NCBI GenBank assembly: GCA_032718475.1
Contig: JAUCBJ010004912.1
Span: forward strand, 1-64,000
DNA length: 64,000 nt
DNA from: Nemertoderma westbladi
Lineage: Eukaryota; Animalia; Xenacoelomorpha
Direction: 5' to 3'
The translations under genes and the position numbers were made by a program. The notes beneath the pieces were generated by a model, which was given only the letters and a program-made list of their open reading frames with translations, was not told the DNA's origin and did not search any database. Positions 33,813 through 47,698 of the stretch are shown here, in pieces; positions within the stretch are counted from its first letter, which is position 1, and the number at the start of each line of letters is the position of its first letter.

Positions 33813-36800
33813 CAAATCTATACAGAAATTAAGTTCATAAATACTAGAGGAATTAAGTTTATAAAATCTATACAGGAATTAAGTTCATAAAATCTATACA
33901 GGAATTAAGTTCATAAAATCTATACAGGAATTAAGTTCATAAAATCTATAGAGGAATTAAGTTCATAAAATCTATTCAGGAATTAAGTTCATAAAATCTA
34001 TAGAGGAATTAAGTTCATAAAATCTATACAGGAATTAAGTTTATAAAATCTATACAGGAATTAAGTTCATAAATACTAGAGGAATTAAGTTCATAAAATC
34101 TATACAGGAATTAAGTTCATAAAATCTATAGAGGAATTAAGTTCATAAAATCTATACAGGAATTAAGTTTATAAAATCTATACAGGAATTAAGTTCATAA
34201 AATCTATACAGGAATTAAGTTCATAAAATCTATAGAGGAATTAAGTTCATAAAATCTATACAGGAATTAAGTTTATAAAATCTATACAGGAATTAAGTTC
34301 ATAAAATCTATACAGGAATTAAGTTCATAAAATCTATACAGGAATTAAGTTCATAAAATCTATAGAGGAATTAAGTTCATAAAATCTATTCAGGAATTAA
34401 GTTCATAAAATCTATACAGGAATTAAGTTCATAAAATCTATACAGGAATTAAGTTCATAAAATCTATAGAGGAATTAAGTTCATAAAATCTATACAGGAA
34501 TTAAGTTCATAAAATCTATACAGGAATTAAGTTCATAAAATCTATACAGGAATTAAGTTCATAAAATCTATACAGGAATTAAGTTCATAAAATCTATACA
34601 GGAATTAAGTTCATAAAATCTATACAGGAATTAAGTTCATAAAATCTATACAGGAATTAAGTTCATAAAATCTATAGAGGAATTAAGTTCATAAAATCTA
34701 CTAAAAATTAAGTTCATAAAATCTACTAAAAATTAAGTTCATAAAATCTATACAGGAATTAAGTTCATAAAATCTACTAAAAATTAAGTTCATAAAATCT
34801 ACTAAAAATTAAGTTCATAAAATCTATACAGGAATTAAGTTCATAAAATCTATACAGGAATTAAGTTCATAAAATCTATACAAGAATTAAGTTTATAAAA
34901 TCTATACAGGAATTAAGTTCATAAAATCTACTAAAAATTAAGTTCATAAAATCTACTAAAAATTAAGTTCATAAAATCTACTAAAAATTAAGTTCATAAA
35001 ATCTATACAGGAATTAAGTTCATAAAATCTATACAGGAATTAAGTTCATAAAATCTATACAAGAATTAAGTTTATAAAATCTATACAGGAATTAAGTTCA
35101 TAAAATCTATACAGGAATTAAGTTCATAAAATCTATACAGGAATTAAGTTCATAAAATCTATGCAGGAATTAAGTTCATAAAATCTATAGTGGAATTAAG
35201 TTCATAAAAATCTATACAGGAATTAAGTTCATAAAATCTATAGAGGAATTAAGTTCATAAAATCTATACAGGAATTAAGTTCATAAAATCTATAGAGGAA
35301 TTAAGTTCATAAAATCTATAGAGGAAATAAGTTCATAAAATCTATACAGGAATTAAGTTCATAAAATCTATACAGGAATTAAGTTCATAAAATCTATACA
35401 GGAATTAAGTTCATAAAATCTATAGAGGAAATAAGTTCATAAAATCTATACAGGAATTAAGTTTATAAAATCTATACAGGAATTAAGTTCATAAAATCTA
35501 TACAGGAATTAAGTTCATAAAATCTATACAGGAATTAAGTTCATAAAATCTATAGAGGAAATAAGTTCATAAAATCTATACAGGAATTAAGTTCATAAAA
35601 TCTATACAGGAATTAAGTTCATAAAATCTATACAGGAATTAAGTTCATAAAATCTATGCAGGAATTAAGTTCATAAAATCTATAGAGGAATTAAGTTCAT
35701 AAAATCTATAGAGGAATTAAGTTTATAAAATCTATAGAGGAATTAAGTTTATAAAATCTATACAGGAATTAAGTTCATAAAATCTATACAGGAATTAAGT
35801 TCATAAAATCTACTAAAAATTAAGTTCATAAAATCTATACAGGAATTAAGTTCATAAAATCTATAGAGGAATTAAGTTCATAAAAATCTATACAGGAATT
35901 AAGTTCATAAAATCTATACAGGAATTAAGTTCATAAAATCTATAGAGGAATTAAGTTTATAAAATCTATAGAGGAATTAAGTTTATAAAATCTATACAGG
36001 AATTAAGTTCATAAAATCTATACAGGAATTAAGTTCATAAAATCTACTAAAAATTAAGTTCATAAAATCTATACAGGAATTAAGTTCATAAAATCTATAG
36101 AGGAATTAAGTTCATAAAAATCTATACAGGAATTAAGTTCATAAAATCTATACAGGAATTAAGTTCATAAAATCTATGCAGGAATTAAGTTCATAAAATC
36201 TATAGTGGAATTAAGTTCATAAAAATCTATAGAGGAATTAAGTTCATAAAATCTATACAGGAATTAAGTTCATAAAATCTATAGAGGAAATAAGTTCATA
36301 AAATCTATACAGGAATTAAGTTCATAAAATCTATGCAGGAATTAAGTTCATAAAATCTATGCAGGAATTAAGTTCATAAAATCTATACAGGAATTAAGTT
36401 CATAAAATCTATACAGGAATTAAGTTCATAAAATCTATACAGGAATTAAGTTCATAAAATCTATGCAGGAATTAAGTTCATAAAATCTATAGAGGAATTA
36501 AGTTCATAAAATCTATAGAGGAATTAAGTTTATAAAATCTATAGAGGAATTAAGTTTATAAAATCTATACAGGAATTAAGTTCATAAAATCTATACAGGA
36601 ATTAAGTTCATAAAATCTACTAAAAATTAAGTTCATAAAATCTATACAGGAATTAAGTTCATAAAATCTATAGAGGAATTAAGTTCATAAAAATCTATAC
36701 AGGAATTAAGTTCATAAAATCTATAGAGGAATTAAGTTCATAAAATCTATAGAGGAATTAAGTTTATAAAATCTATAGAGGAATTAAGTTTATAAAATCT

Positions 36801-39800
36801 ATACAGGAATTAAGTTCATAAAATCTATACAGGAATTAAGTTCATAAAATCTACTAAAAATTAAGTTCATAAAATCTATACAGGAATTAAGTTCATAAAA
36901 TCTATAGAGGAATTAAGTTCATAAAAATCTATACAGGAATTAAGTTCATAAAATCTATACAGGAATTAAGTTCATAAAATCTATGCAGGAATTAAGTTCA
37001 TAAAATCTATAGTGGAATTAAGTTCATAAAAATCTATAGAGGAATTAAGTTCATAAAATCTATACAGGAATTAAGTTCATAAAATCTATAGAGGAAATAA
37101 GTTCATAAAATCTATACAGGAATTAAGTTCATAAATTCTATGCAGGAATTAAGTTCATAAAATCTATGCAGGAATTAAGTTCATAAAATCTATAGTGGAA
37201 TTAAGTTCATAAAAATCTATAGAGGAATTAAGTTCATAAAATCTATACAGGAATTAAGTTCATAAAATCTATAGAGGAAATAAGTTCATAAAATCTATAC
37301 AGGAATTAAGTTCATAAAATCTATACAGGAATTAAGTTCATAAAATCTATACAGGAATTAAGTTCATAAAATCTATAGAGGAAATAAGTTCATAAAATCT
37401 ATACAGGAATTAAGTTTATAAAATCTATACAGGAATTAAGTTCATAAAATCTATACAGGAATTAAGTTCATAAAATCTATACAGGAATTAAGTTCATAAA
37501 ATCTATGCAGGAATTAAGTTCATAAAATCTATAGTGGAATTAAGTTCATAAAAATCTATACAGGAATTAAGTTCATAAAATCTATAGAGGAATTAAGTTC
37601 ATAAAATCTATACAGGAATTAAGTTCATAAAATCTATAGAGGAATTAAGTTCATAAAATCTATAGAGGAAATAAGTTCATAAAATCTATACAGGAATTAA
37701 GTTCATAAAATCTATACAGGAATTAAGTTCATAAAATCTATACAGGAATTAAGTTCATAAAATCTATACAGGAATTAAGTTCATAAAATCTATAGAGGAA
37801 ATAAGTTCATAAAATCTATAGTGGAATTAAGTTCATAAAAATCTATAGAGGAATTAAGTTCATAAAATCTATACAGGAATTAAGTTTATAAAATCTATAG
37901 AGGAAATAAGTTCATAAAATCTATAGAGGAATTAAGTTCATAAAATCTATAGAGGAAATAAGTTCATAAAATCTATACAGGAATTAAGTTCATAAAATCT
38001 ATACAGGAATTAAGTTCATAAAATCTATACAGGAATTAAGTTCATAAAATCTATAGAGGAAATAAGTTCATAAAATCTATAGTGGAATTAAGTTCATAAA
38101 AATCTATAGAGGAATTAAGTTCATAAAATCTATACAGGAATTAAGTTCATAAAATCTATACAGGAATTAAGTTCATAAAATCTATAGAGGAAATAAGTTC
38201 ATAAAATCTATAGTGGAATTAAGTTCATAAAAATCTATAGAGGAATTAAGTTCATAAAATCTATACAGGAATTAAGTTTATAAAATCTATAGAGGAAATA
38301 AGTTCATAAAATCTATAGTGGAATTAAGTTCATAAAAATCTATAGAGGAATTAAGTTCATAAAATCTATACAGGAATTAAGTTTATAAAATCTATAGAGG
38401 AAATAAGTTCATAAAATCTATAGAGGAATTAAGTTCATAAAATCTATAGAGGAAATAAGTTCATAAAATCTATACAGGAATTAAGTTCATAAAATCTATA
38501 CAGGAATTAAGTTCATAAAATCTATACAGGAATTAAGTTCATAAAATCTATAGAGGAAATAAGTTCATAAAATCTATAGTGGAATTAAGTTCATAAAAAT
38601 CTATAGAGGAATTAAGTTCATAAAATCTATACAGGAATTAAGTTTATAAAATCTATAGAGGAAATAAGTTCATAAAATCTATAGTGGAATTAAGTTCATA
38701 AAAATCTATAGAGGAATTAAGTTCATAAAATCTATACAGGAATTAAGTTTATAAAATCTATAGAGGAAATAAGTTCATAAAATCTATAGAGGAAATAAGT
38801 TCATAAAATCTATACAGGAATTAAGTTCATAAAAATCTATAGAGGAATTAAGTTCATAAAATCTATACAGGAATTAAGTTTATAAAATCTATAGAGGAAT
38901 TAAGTTCATAAAATCTATAGAGGAAATAAGTTCATAAAATCTATACAGGAAATAAGTTCATAAAATCTATAGAGGAAATAAGTTCATAAAATCTATACAG
39001 GAATTAAGTTCATAAAAATCTATAGAGGAATTAAGTTCATAAAATCTATACAGGAATTAAGTTTATAAAATCTATAGAGGAATTAAGTTCATAAAATCTA
39101 TAGAGGAAATAAGTTCATAAAATCTATACAGGAATTAAGTTCATAAAATCTATACAGGAATTAAGTTCATAAAATCTATAGAGGAAATAAGTTCATAAAA
39201 TCTATAGTGGAATTAAGTTCATAAAAATCTATAGAGGAATTAAGTTCATAAAATCTATACAGGAATTAAGTTTATAAAATCTATACAGGAATTAAGTTCA
39301 TAAAATCTATACAGGAATTAAGTTCATAAAATCTATACAGGAATTAAGTTCATAAAATCTATAGAGGAAATAAGTTCATAAAATCTATACAGGAATTAAG
39401 TTCATAAAATCTATACAGGAATTAAGTTCATAAAATCTATACAGGAATTAAGTTCATAAAATCTATGCAGGAATTAAGTTCATAAAATCTATAGTGGAAT
39501 TAAGTTCATAAAAATCTATACAGGAATTACGTTCATAAAATCTATAGAGGAATTAAGTTCATAAAATCTATACAGGAATTAAGTTCATAAAATCTATAGA
39601 GGAATTAAGTTCATAAAAATCTATACAGGAATTAAGTTTATAAAATCTATACAGGAATTAAGTTCATAAAATCTATACAGGAATTAAGTTCATAAAATCT
39701 ATACAGGAATTAAGTTCATAAAATCTATACTGGAATTAAGTTCATAAAATCTATACAGGAATTAAGTTCATAAAATCTATACAGGAATTAAGTTCATAAA

Positions 39801-42800
39801 ATCTATACAGGAATTAAGTTCATAAAATCTATACAGGAATTAAGTTCATAAAATCTATACAGGAATTAAGTTCATAAAATCTATACAGGAATTAAGTTCA
39901 TAAAATCTATAGAGGAAATAAGTTCATAAAATCTATACAGGAATTAAGTTCATAAAATCTATAGAGGAATTAAGTTCATAAAAATCTATACAGGAATTAA
40001 GTTCATAAAATCTATACAGGAATTAAGTTCATAAAATCTATGCAGGAATTAAGTTCATAAAATCTATACAGGAATTAAGTTCATAAAATCTATACAGGAA
40101 TTAAGTTCATAAAATCTATAGAGGAAATAAGTTCATAAAATCTATACAGGAATTAAGTTCATAAAATCTATAGAGGAATTAAGTTCATAAAAATCTATAC
40201 AGGAATTAAGTTCATAAAATCTATACAGGAATTAAGTTCATAAAATCTATGCAGGAATTAAGTTCATAAAATCTATAGAGGAATTAATATTCATAAAAAT
40301 CTATACAGGAATTAAGTTCATAAAATCTATAGAGGAATTAAGTTCATAAAATCTATACAGGAATTAAGTTCATAAAATCTATACAGGAATTAAGTTCATA
40401 AAATCTATACAGGAATTAAGTTCATAAAATCTATAGAGGAAATAAGTTCATAAAATCTATACAGGAATTAAGTTCATAAAATCTATAGAGGAATTAAGTT
40501 CATAAAAATCTATACAGGAATTAAGTTCATAAAATCTATACAGGAATTAAGTTCATAAAATCTATGCAGGAATTAAGTTCATAAAATCTATAGAGGAATT
40601 AATATTCATAAAAATCTATACAGGAATTAAGTTCATAAAATCTATAGAGGAATTAAGTTCATAAAATCTATACAGGAATTAAGTTCATAAAATCTATACT
40701 GGAATTAAGTTCATAAAATCTATACAGGAATTAAGTTCATAAAATCTATAGAGGAAATAAGTTCATAAAATCTATAGAGGAATTAAGTTCATAAAATCTA
40801 TACAGGAATTAAGTTCATAAAATCTATACAGGAATTAAGTTCATAAAATCTATAGAGGAAATAAGTTCATAAAATCTATACAGGAATTAAGTTCATAAAA
40901 TCTATAGAGGAAATAAGTTCATAAAATCTATACAGGAATTAAGTTCATAATATCTATACAGGAATTAAGTTCATAAAATCTATAGAGGAATTAAGTTCAT
41001 AAAATCTATAGTGGAATTAAGTTCATAAAATCTATAGTGGAATTAAGTTCATAAAATCTATACAGGAATTAAGTTCATAAAATCTATAGAGGAAATAAGT
41101 TCATAAAATCTATACAGGAATTAAGTTCATAAAATCTATACAGGAATTAAGTTCATAAAATCTATAGAGGAATTAAGTTCATAAAATCTATAGTGGAATT
41201 AAGTTCATAAAATCTATACAGGAATTAAGTTCATAAAATCTATAGAGGAAATAAGTTCATAAAATCTATACAGGAATTAAGTTCATAAAATCTATACAGG
41301 AATTAAGTTCATAAAATCTATAGAGGAATTAAGTTCATAAAATCTATAGTGGAATTAAGTTCATAAAATCTATAGTGGAATTAAGTTCATAAAATCTATA
41401 GTGGAATTAAGTTCATAAAATCTATGCAGGAATTAAGTTCATAAAATCTATAGAGGAATTAAGTTCATAAAAATCTATAGAGGAATTAAGTTCATAAAAT
41501 CTATAGTGGAATTAAGTTCATAAAATCTATAGTGGAATTAAGTTCATAAAATCTATAGTGGAATTAAGTTCATAAAATCTATGCAGGAATTAAGTTCATA
41601 AAATCTATAGAGGAATTAAGTTCATAAAAATCTATACAGGAATTAAGTTCATAAAATCTATACAGGAATTAAGTTCATAAAATCTATGCAGGAATTAAGT
41701 TCATAAAATCTATAGAGGAATTAAGTTCATAAAATCTATACAGGAATTAAGTTCATAAAATCTATGCAGGAATTAAGTTCATAAAATCTATAGAGGAATT
41801 AAGTTCATAAAATCTACTAAAAATTAAGTTCATAAAATCTATAGAGGAAATAAGTTCATAAAATCTATAGAGGAATTAAGTTCATAAAATCTATAGTGGA
41901 ATTAAGTTCATAAAATCTATAGTGGAATTAAGTTCATAAAATCTATACAGGAATTAAGTTCATAAAATCTATGCAGGAATTAAGTTCATAAAATCTATAC
42001 AGGAATTAAGTTCATAAAATCTATACAGGAATTAAGTTCATAAAATCTATAGAGGAATTAAGTTCATAAAATCTATAGTGGAATTAAGTTCATAAAATCT
42101 ATAGTGGAATTAAGTTCATAAAATCTATACAGGAATTAAGTTCATAAAATCTATGCAGGAATTAAGTTCATAAAATCTATGCAGGAATTAAGTTCATAAA
42201 ATCTATAGTGGAATTAAGTTCATAAAATCTATAGAGGAATTAAGTTCATAAAATCTATAGAGGAATTAAGTTCATAAAATCTATAGTGGAATTAAGTTCA
42301 TAAAATCTATAGAGGAATTAAGTTCATAAAAATCTATACAGGAATTAAGTTTATAAAATCTATACAGGAATTAAATTCATAAAATCTATACAGGAATTAA
42401 GTTCATAAAATCTATACAGGAATTAAGTTCATAAAATCTATAGAGGAAATAAGTTCATAAAATCTATACAGGAATTAAGTTCATAAAATCTATACATGAA
42501 TTAAGTTCATAAAATCTATACAGGAATTAAGTTCATAAAATCTATACAGGAATTAAGTTCATAAAATCTATACTGGAATTAAGTTCATAAAATCTATACA
42601 GGAATTAAGTTCATAAAATCTATACAGGAATTAAGTTCATAAAATCTATAGAGGAAATAAGTTCATAAAATCTATACAGGAATTAAGTTCATAAAATCTA
42701 TAGAGGAATTAAGTTCATAAAATCTATACAGGAATTAAGTTCATAAAATCTATACAGGAATTAAGTTCATAAAATCTATAGAGGAAATAAGTTCATAAAA

Positions 42801-45800
42801 TCTATACATGAATTAAGTTCATAAAAATCTATACAGGAATTAAGTTCATAAAATCTATACAGGAATTAAGTTCATAAAATCTATGCAGGAATTAAGTTCA
42901 TAAAATCTATAGAGGAATTAAGTTCATAAAAATCTATACAGGAAATAAGTTCATAAAATCTATAGAGGAAATAAGTTCATAAAATCTATACATGAATTAA
43001 GTTCATAAAAATCTATACAGGAATTAAGTTCATAAAATCTATACAGGAATTAAGTTCATAAAATCTATGCAGGAATTAAGTTCATAAAATCTATAGAGGA
43101 ATTAAGTTCATAAAAATCTATACAGGAAATAAGTTTATAAAATCTATAGAGGAAATAAGTTCATAAAATCTATAGAGGAATTAAGTTCATAAAAATCTAT
43201 ACAGGAATTAAGTTCATAAAATCTATACAGGAATTAAGTTCATAAAATCTATACTGGAATTAAGTTCATAAAATCTATAGAGGAAATAAGTTCATAAAAT
43301 CTATACAGGAATTAAGTTCATAAAATCTATAGAGGAATTAAGTTCATAAAAATCTATACAGGAATTAAGTTCATAAAATCTATACAGGAATTAAGTTCAT
43401 AAAATCTATACTGGAATTAAGTTCATAAAATCTATACAGGAATTAAGTTCATAAAATCTATACAGGAATTAAGTTCATAAAATCTATACAGGAATTAAGT
43501 TCATAAAATCTATACAGGAATTAAGTTCATAAAATCTATACAGGAATTAAGTTCATAAAATCTATAGAGGAAATAAGTTCATAAAATCTATACAGGAATT
43601 AAGTTCATAAAATCTATAGAGGAATTAAGTTCATAAAAATCTATACAGGAATTAAGTTCATAAAATCTATACAGGAATTAAGTTCATAAAATCTATAGAG
43701 GAAATAAGTTTATAAAATCTATAGAGGAAATAAGTTCATAAAATCTATAGAGGAATTAAGTTCATAAAAATCTATACAGGAATTAAGTTCATAAAATCTA
43801 TACAGGAATTAAGTTCATAAAATCTATACAGGAATTAAGTTCATAAAATCTATACAGGAATTAAGTTCATAAAATCTATAGAGGAAATAAGTTCATAAAA
43901 TCTATACAGGAATTAAGTTCATAAAATCTATAGAGGAATTAAGTTCATAAAAATCTATACAGGAATTAAGTTCATAAAATCTATACAGGAATTAAGTTCA
44001 TAAAATCTATACTGGAATTAAGTTCATAAAATCTATACAGGAATTAAGTTCATAAAATCTATAGAGGAATTAAGTTTATAAAATCTATAGAGGAATTAAG
44101 TTCATAAAATCTATACAGGAATTAAGTTCATAAAATCTATACAGGAATTAAGTTCATAAAATCTATACAGGAATTAAGTTCATAAAATCTATACAGGAAT
44201 TAAGTTCATAAAATCTATACAGGAATTAAGTTCATAAAATCTATAGAGGAAATAAGTTCATAAAATCTATACAGGAATTAAGTTTATAAAATCTATACAG
44301 GAATTAAGTTCATAAAATCTATACAGGAATTAAGTTCATAAAATCTATACAGGAATTAAGTTCATAAAATCTATAGAGGAAATAAGTTCATAAAATCTAT
44401 ACAGGAATTAAGTTCATAAAATCTATAGAGGAATTAAGTTCATAAAAATCTATACAGGAATTAAGTTCATAAAATCTATAGAGGAAATAAGTTCATAAAA
44501 TCTATACAGGAATTAAGTTCATAAAATCTATAGAGGAATTAAGTTCATAAAAATCTATAGAGGAAATAAGTTCATAAAATCTATACAGGAATTAAGTTCA
44601 TAAAATCTATAGAGGAATTAAGTTCATAAAAATCTATACAGGAATTAAGTTCATAAAATCTATAGAGGAAATAAGTTCATAAAATCTATACAGGAATTAA
44701 GTTCATAAAATCTATAGAGGAATTAAGTTCATAAAAATCTATACAGGAATTAAGTTCATAAAATCTATACAGGAATTAAGTTCATAAAATCTATGCAGGA
44801 ATTAAGTTCATAAAAATCTATACAGGAATTAAGTTCATAAAATCTATACAGGAATTAAGTTCATAAAAATCTATACAGGAATTAAGTTCATAAAATCTAT
44901 ACAGGAATTAAGTTCATAAAATCTATACAGGAATTAAGTTCATAAAATCTATACAGGAATTAAGTTCATAAAATCTATACAGGAATTAAGTTCATAAAAT
45001 CTATAGAGGAAATAAGTTCATAAAATCTATACAGGAATTAATTTCATAAAATCTATAGAGGAATTAAGTTCATAAAAATCTATACAGGAATTAAGTTCAT
45101 AAAATCTATACAGGAATTAAGTTCATAAAATCTATGCAGGAATTAAGTTCATAAAAATCTATACAGGAATTAAGTTCATAAAATCTATACAGGAATTAAG
45201 TTCATAAAATCTATGCAGGAATTAAGTTCATAAAATCTATAGAGGAAATAAGTTCATAAAATCTATACAGGAATTAAGTTCATAAAATCTATAGAGGAAT
45301 TAAGTTCATAAAAATCTATACAGGAATTAAGTTCATAAAATCTATACAGGAATTAAGTTCATAAAATCTATGCAGGAATTAAGTTCATAAAATCTATAGT
45401 GGAATTAAGTTCATAAAAATCTATACAGGAATTAAGTTCATAAAATCTATAGAGGAAATAAGTTCATAAAATCTATACAGGAATTAAGTTCATAAAATCT
45501 ATACAGGAATTAAGTTCATAAAATCTATAGAGGAATTAAGTTCATAAAATCTATAGAGGAATTAAGTTCATAAAATCTATTCAGGAATTAAGTTCATAAA
45601 ATCTATACAGGAATTAAGTTCATAAAATCTATACAGGAATTAAGTTCATAAAATCTATAGTGGAATTAAGTTCATAAAATCTATAGAGGAATTAAGTTCA
45701 TAAAATCTATACTGGAATTAAGTTCATAAAATCTATACAGGAATTAAGTTCATAAAAGCTATACAGGAATTAAGTTCATAAAATCTATACAGGAATTAAG

Positions 45801-45933
45801 TTCATAAAATCTATACAGGAATTAAGTTCATAAAATCTATACAGGAATTAAGTTCATAAAATCTATACAGGAATTAAGTTCATAAAATCTATACAGGAAT
45901 TAAGTTCATAAAATCTATAGAGGAATTAAGTTC
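33813..45933. repeat. 26-bp satellite array, ~12.1 kb, roughly 465 units, in intron 6
   Basis: Consensus GGAATTAAGTTCATAAAATCTATACA, with recurrent end variants (taga, tgca, tagt, tact, ctaaaa) and 25/27-bp units. Confidence 0.98.
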
Positions 45934-46293
45934 ACGACATTAGAATGTCCCTCTTTACTTGTCATCATTACATTAGTTAATTCCCCAACTCTATTACGCT
46001 GCCACTCGCACTCGACCCCAGTATATCCACTATAATATATTTATAGGTACTTGTGTTGATAAACTAAACAGTTGTAATGGATTATCCCGTATAGGGGAGT
46101 GTCGGTCAAACTCAGAATTTATGCTGAAATCATGTCCTGGAGCTTGTGGGGAATGTTCAGGTTGGTTTTGTGTTATACGTTGTTATAACTATCATTTTTT
46201 GTTTTATTTGTTAAATATAGGCCTATACTAATATATATATATATATAATATATATAGGCCTATAACTTTGAATATATTTAATTTTTGTTGCAG

Positions 46294-46458
46294 GTGTCAA
46301 GGTTTCTGGTTGCATAGATACAATGGGTGATAAAATTACTCATCCTGCAGTTAATTCCAACTGCGCCGAAAATGTTGACTGTAAGTCTTCTGACCCCAAG
46401 GAACAGTATATTGCTTGGCAACGGTGTCCCGTAACCTGTGGATTATGTCACTCCCAAC
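46294..46458 (+). CDS. Exon 7: ShKT domain 1 (long first loop)
   Basis: TTGCAG| ... C|GTGAGT, phase 1-1. CIDTMGDKITHPAVNSNCAENVDCKSSDPKEQYIAWQRCPVTCGLC has the C-x-D start and CxxxCxxC end of ShKT. Confidence 0.82.
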
Positions 46459-46559
46459 GTGAGTTTCAAGTTTCACTATACTAATAATATATACAGAAAT
46501 ACAATAATACACAAATATTATACAAACTGTTTACATACTTGTGTGTAATCTAAAGCCAC

Positions 46560-47464
46560 AATCGGCATGCTGTAATCCAGCTTAAATAAAGAATGCTGTG
46601 CCTGCTTATTGACAAAATTTAACAGCCACTATCGCTTCTGTATCACCAATGACATTCGCGAGATAATCCGCACCTCAAGAAAGTCATGGGATGCCCACCA
46701 CTCTTATTCTCTGCAAGATGCAGCCAAATCACAAAATTGTGTACTGGCTGGTCTTGACGGTGAAAGCAATGTTCTGCAAAGCGGGGCGGTTCTGTTCAAG
46801 TGTCAAGGTTTGGGGACCATTGATATACCTCCACCACCCCAATGCTGTATAGGGTATTTTGGCAGATGTATCACTGTATTTTACATGACACAATGGAGCA
46901 TGTAGCATAGTTGTGTGTATATGTACCATCCAGAGATGTGTAGATCCACTTAGAGCCCAGAATGGACTCCCATTGGAGTACATATGGTCCAATTTACACC
47001 CTAAATAATTGAATCTTGGCTTCCGTTTTATTATATGAGACTTCCAAATCCTGGACAGCATAGTTAATAGGCCTACTGATAAAGTTTTCCCATTGACTAT
47101 CCGAAGATCTCCACCTGGCTTCCGGATCCGTGATCCCAGCAAGCACAAATCACCCATATACTCCTCAAACGTATCTTATGCTCAGATATTTCTGGTAGAA
47201 CTTTTTCAGTGGAAGTTAGCAGTCAAAATTTGGGTATTCTTGGAGTTAACAAAAAGACCAGAGCAAGGAGCAGCCTGCACCAATGAATTGAAGAAGAGTT
47301 GGGCTCCTAGTGATTCTAATAGTACTCCAAGTCATCTGCAAAGTTCAGATCAGTTAGGCAGAATTTGGCGGTGTTTCCTCGACATCTGGATTCAGTAGGG
47401 GGTGTTACCATCACCCTATCGTCATTATGATCATCTGTAAAGACATGCTTAAAACATACAGTAG
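46560..47464 (-). pseudogene. Decayed RTE copy (same family as 3755..5205), interrupted by Gypsy; continues at 51737..51797
   Basis: Colinear nucleotide similarity to 3793..4770; LTDLNFADDL remnant. Sequence after the 3' LTR resumes with aaccacaattacgaataagaatggtgcaagagtgtcaccctggaggac. Confidence 0.85.
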
Positions 47465-47674
47465 TGTAGCGTTCCCTCGACCACGGATTCGTACCCTCAC
47501 CAGGAGGAAATAAGTTGGACATGGGACTCATGTTATTATACTTACTGCCCTACAGTACTGCGACTGATCAGTTGACGTACGGCATAACAGTAACTGCATG
47601 ATATATAATTGATTATAATAATATAAGCTTTATATCACATTTCTGCATTTTTGATGGGATTGTCATCCCTTCAC

Positions 47675-47692
47675 TGGTGACCCGGACGAGAT
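47675..47692 (+). promoter_or_regulatory. Primer-binding site (tRNA-Trp-like)
   Basis: TGGTGACCCGGACGAGAT starts 1 nt after the 5' LTR and is close to TGGTGACCCCGACGTGAT. Confidence 0.65.
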
Positions 47693-47698
47693 TAATTC

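Noticed and set aside
33813-45933. Satellite as CRISPR array or coding repeat
   Set aside because: No unique spacers, no cas genes, eukaryotic context; the 26-bp unit gives stops in all frames.
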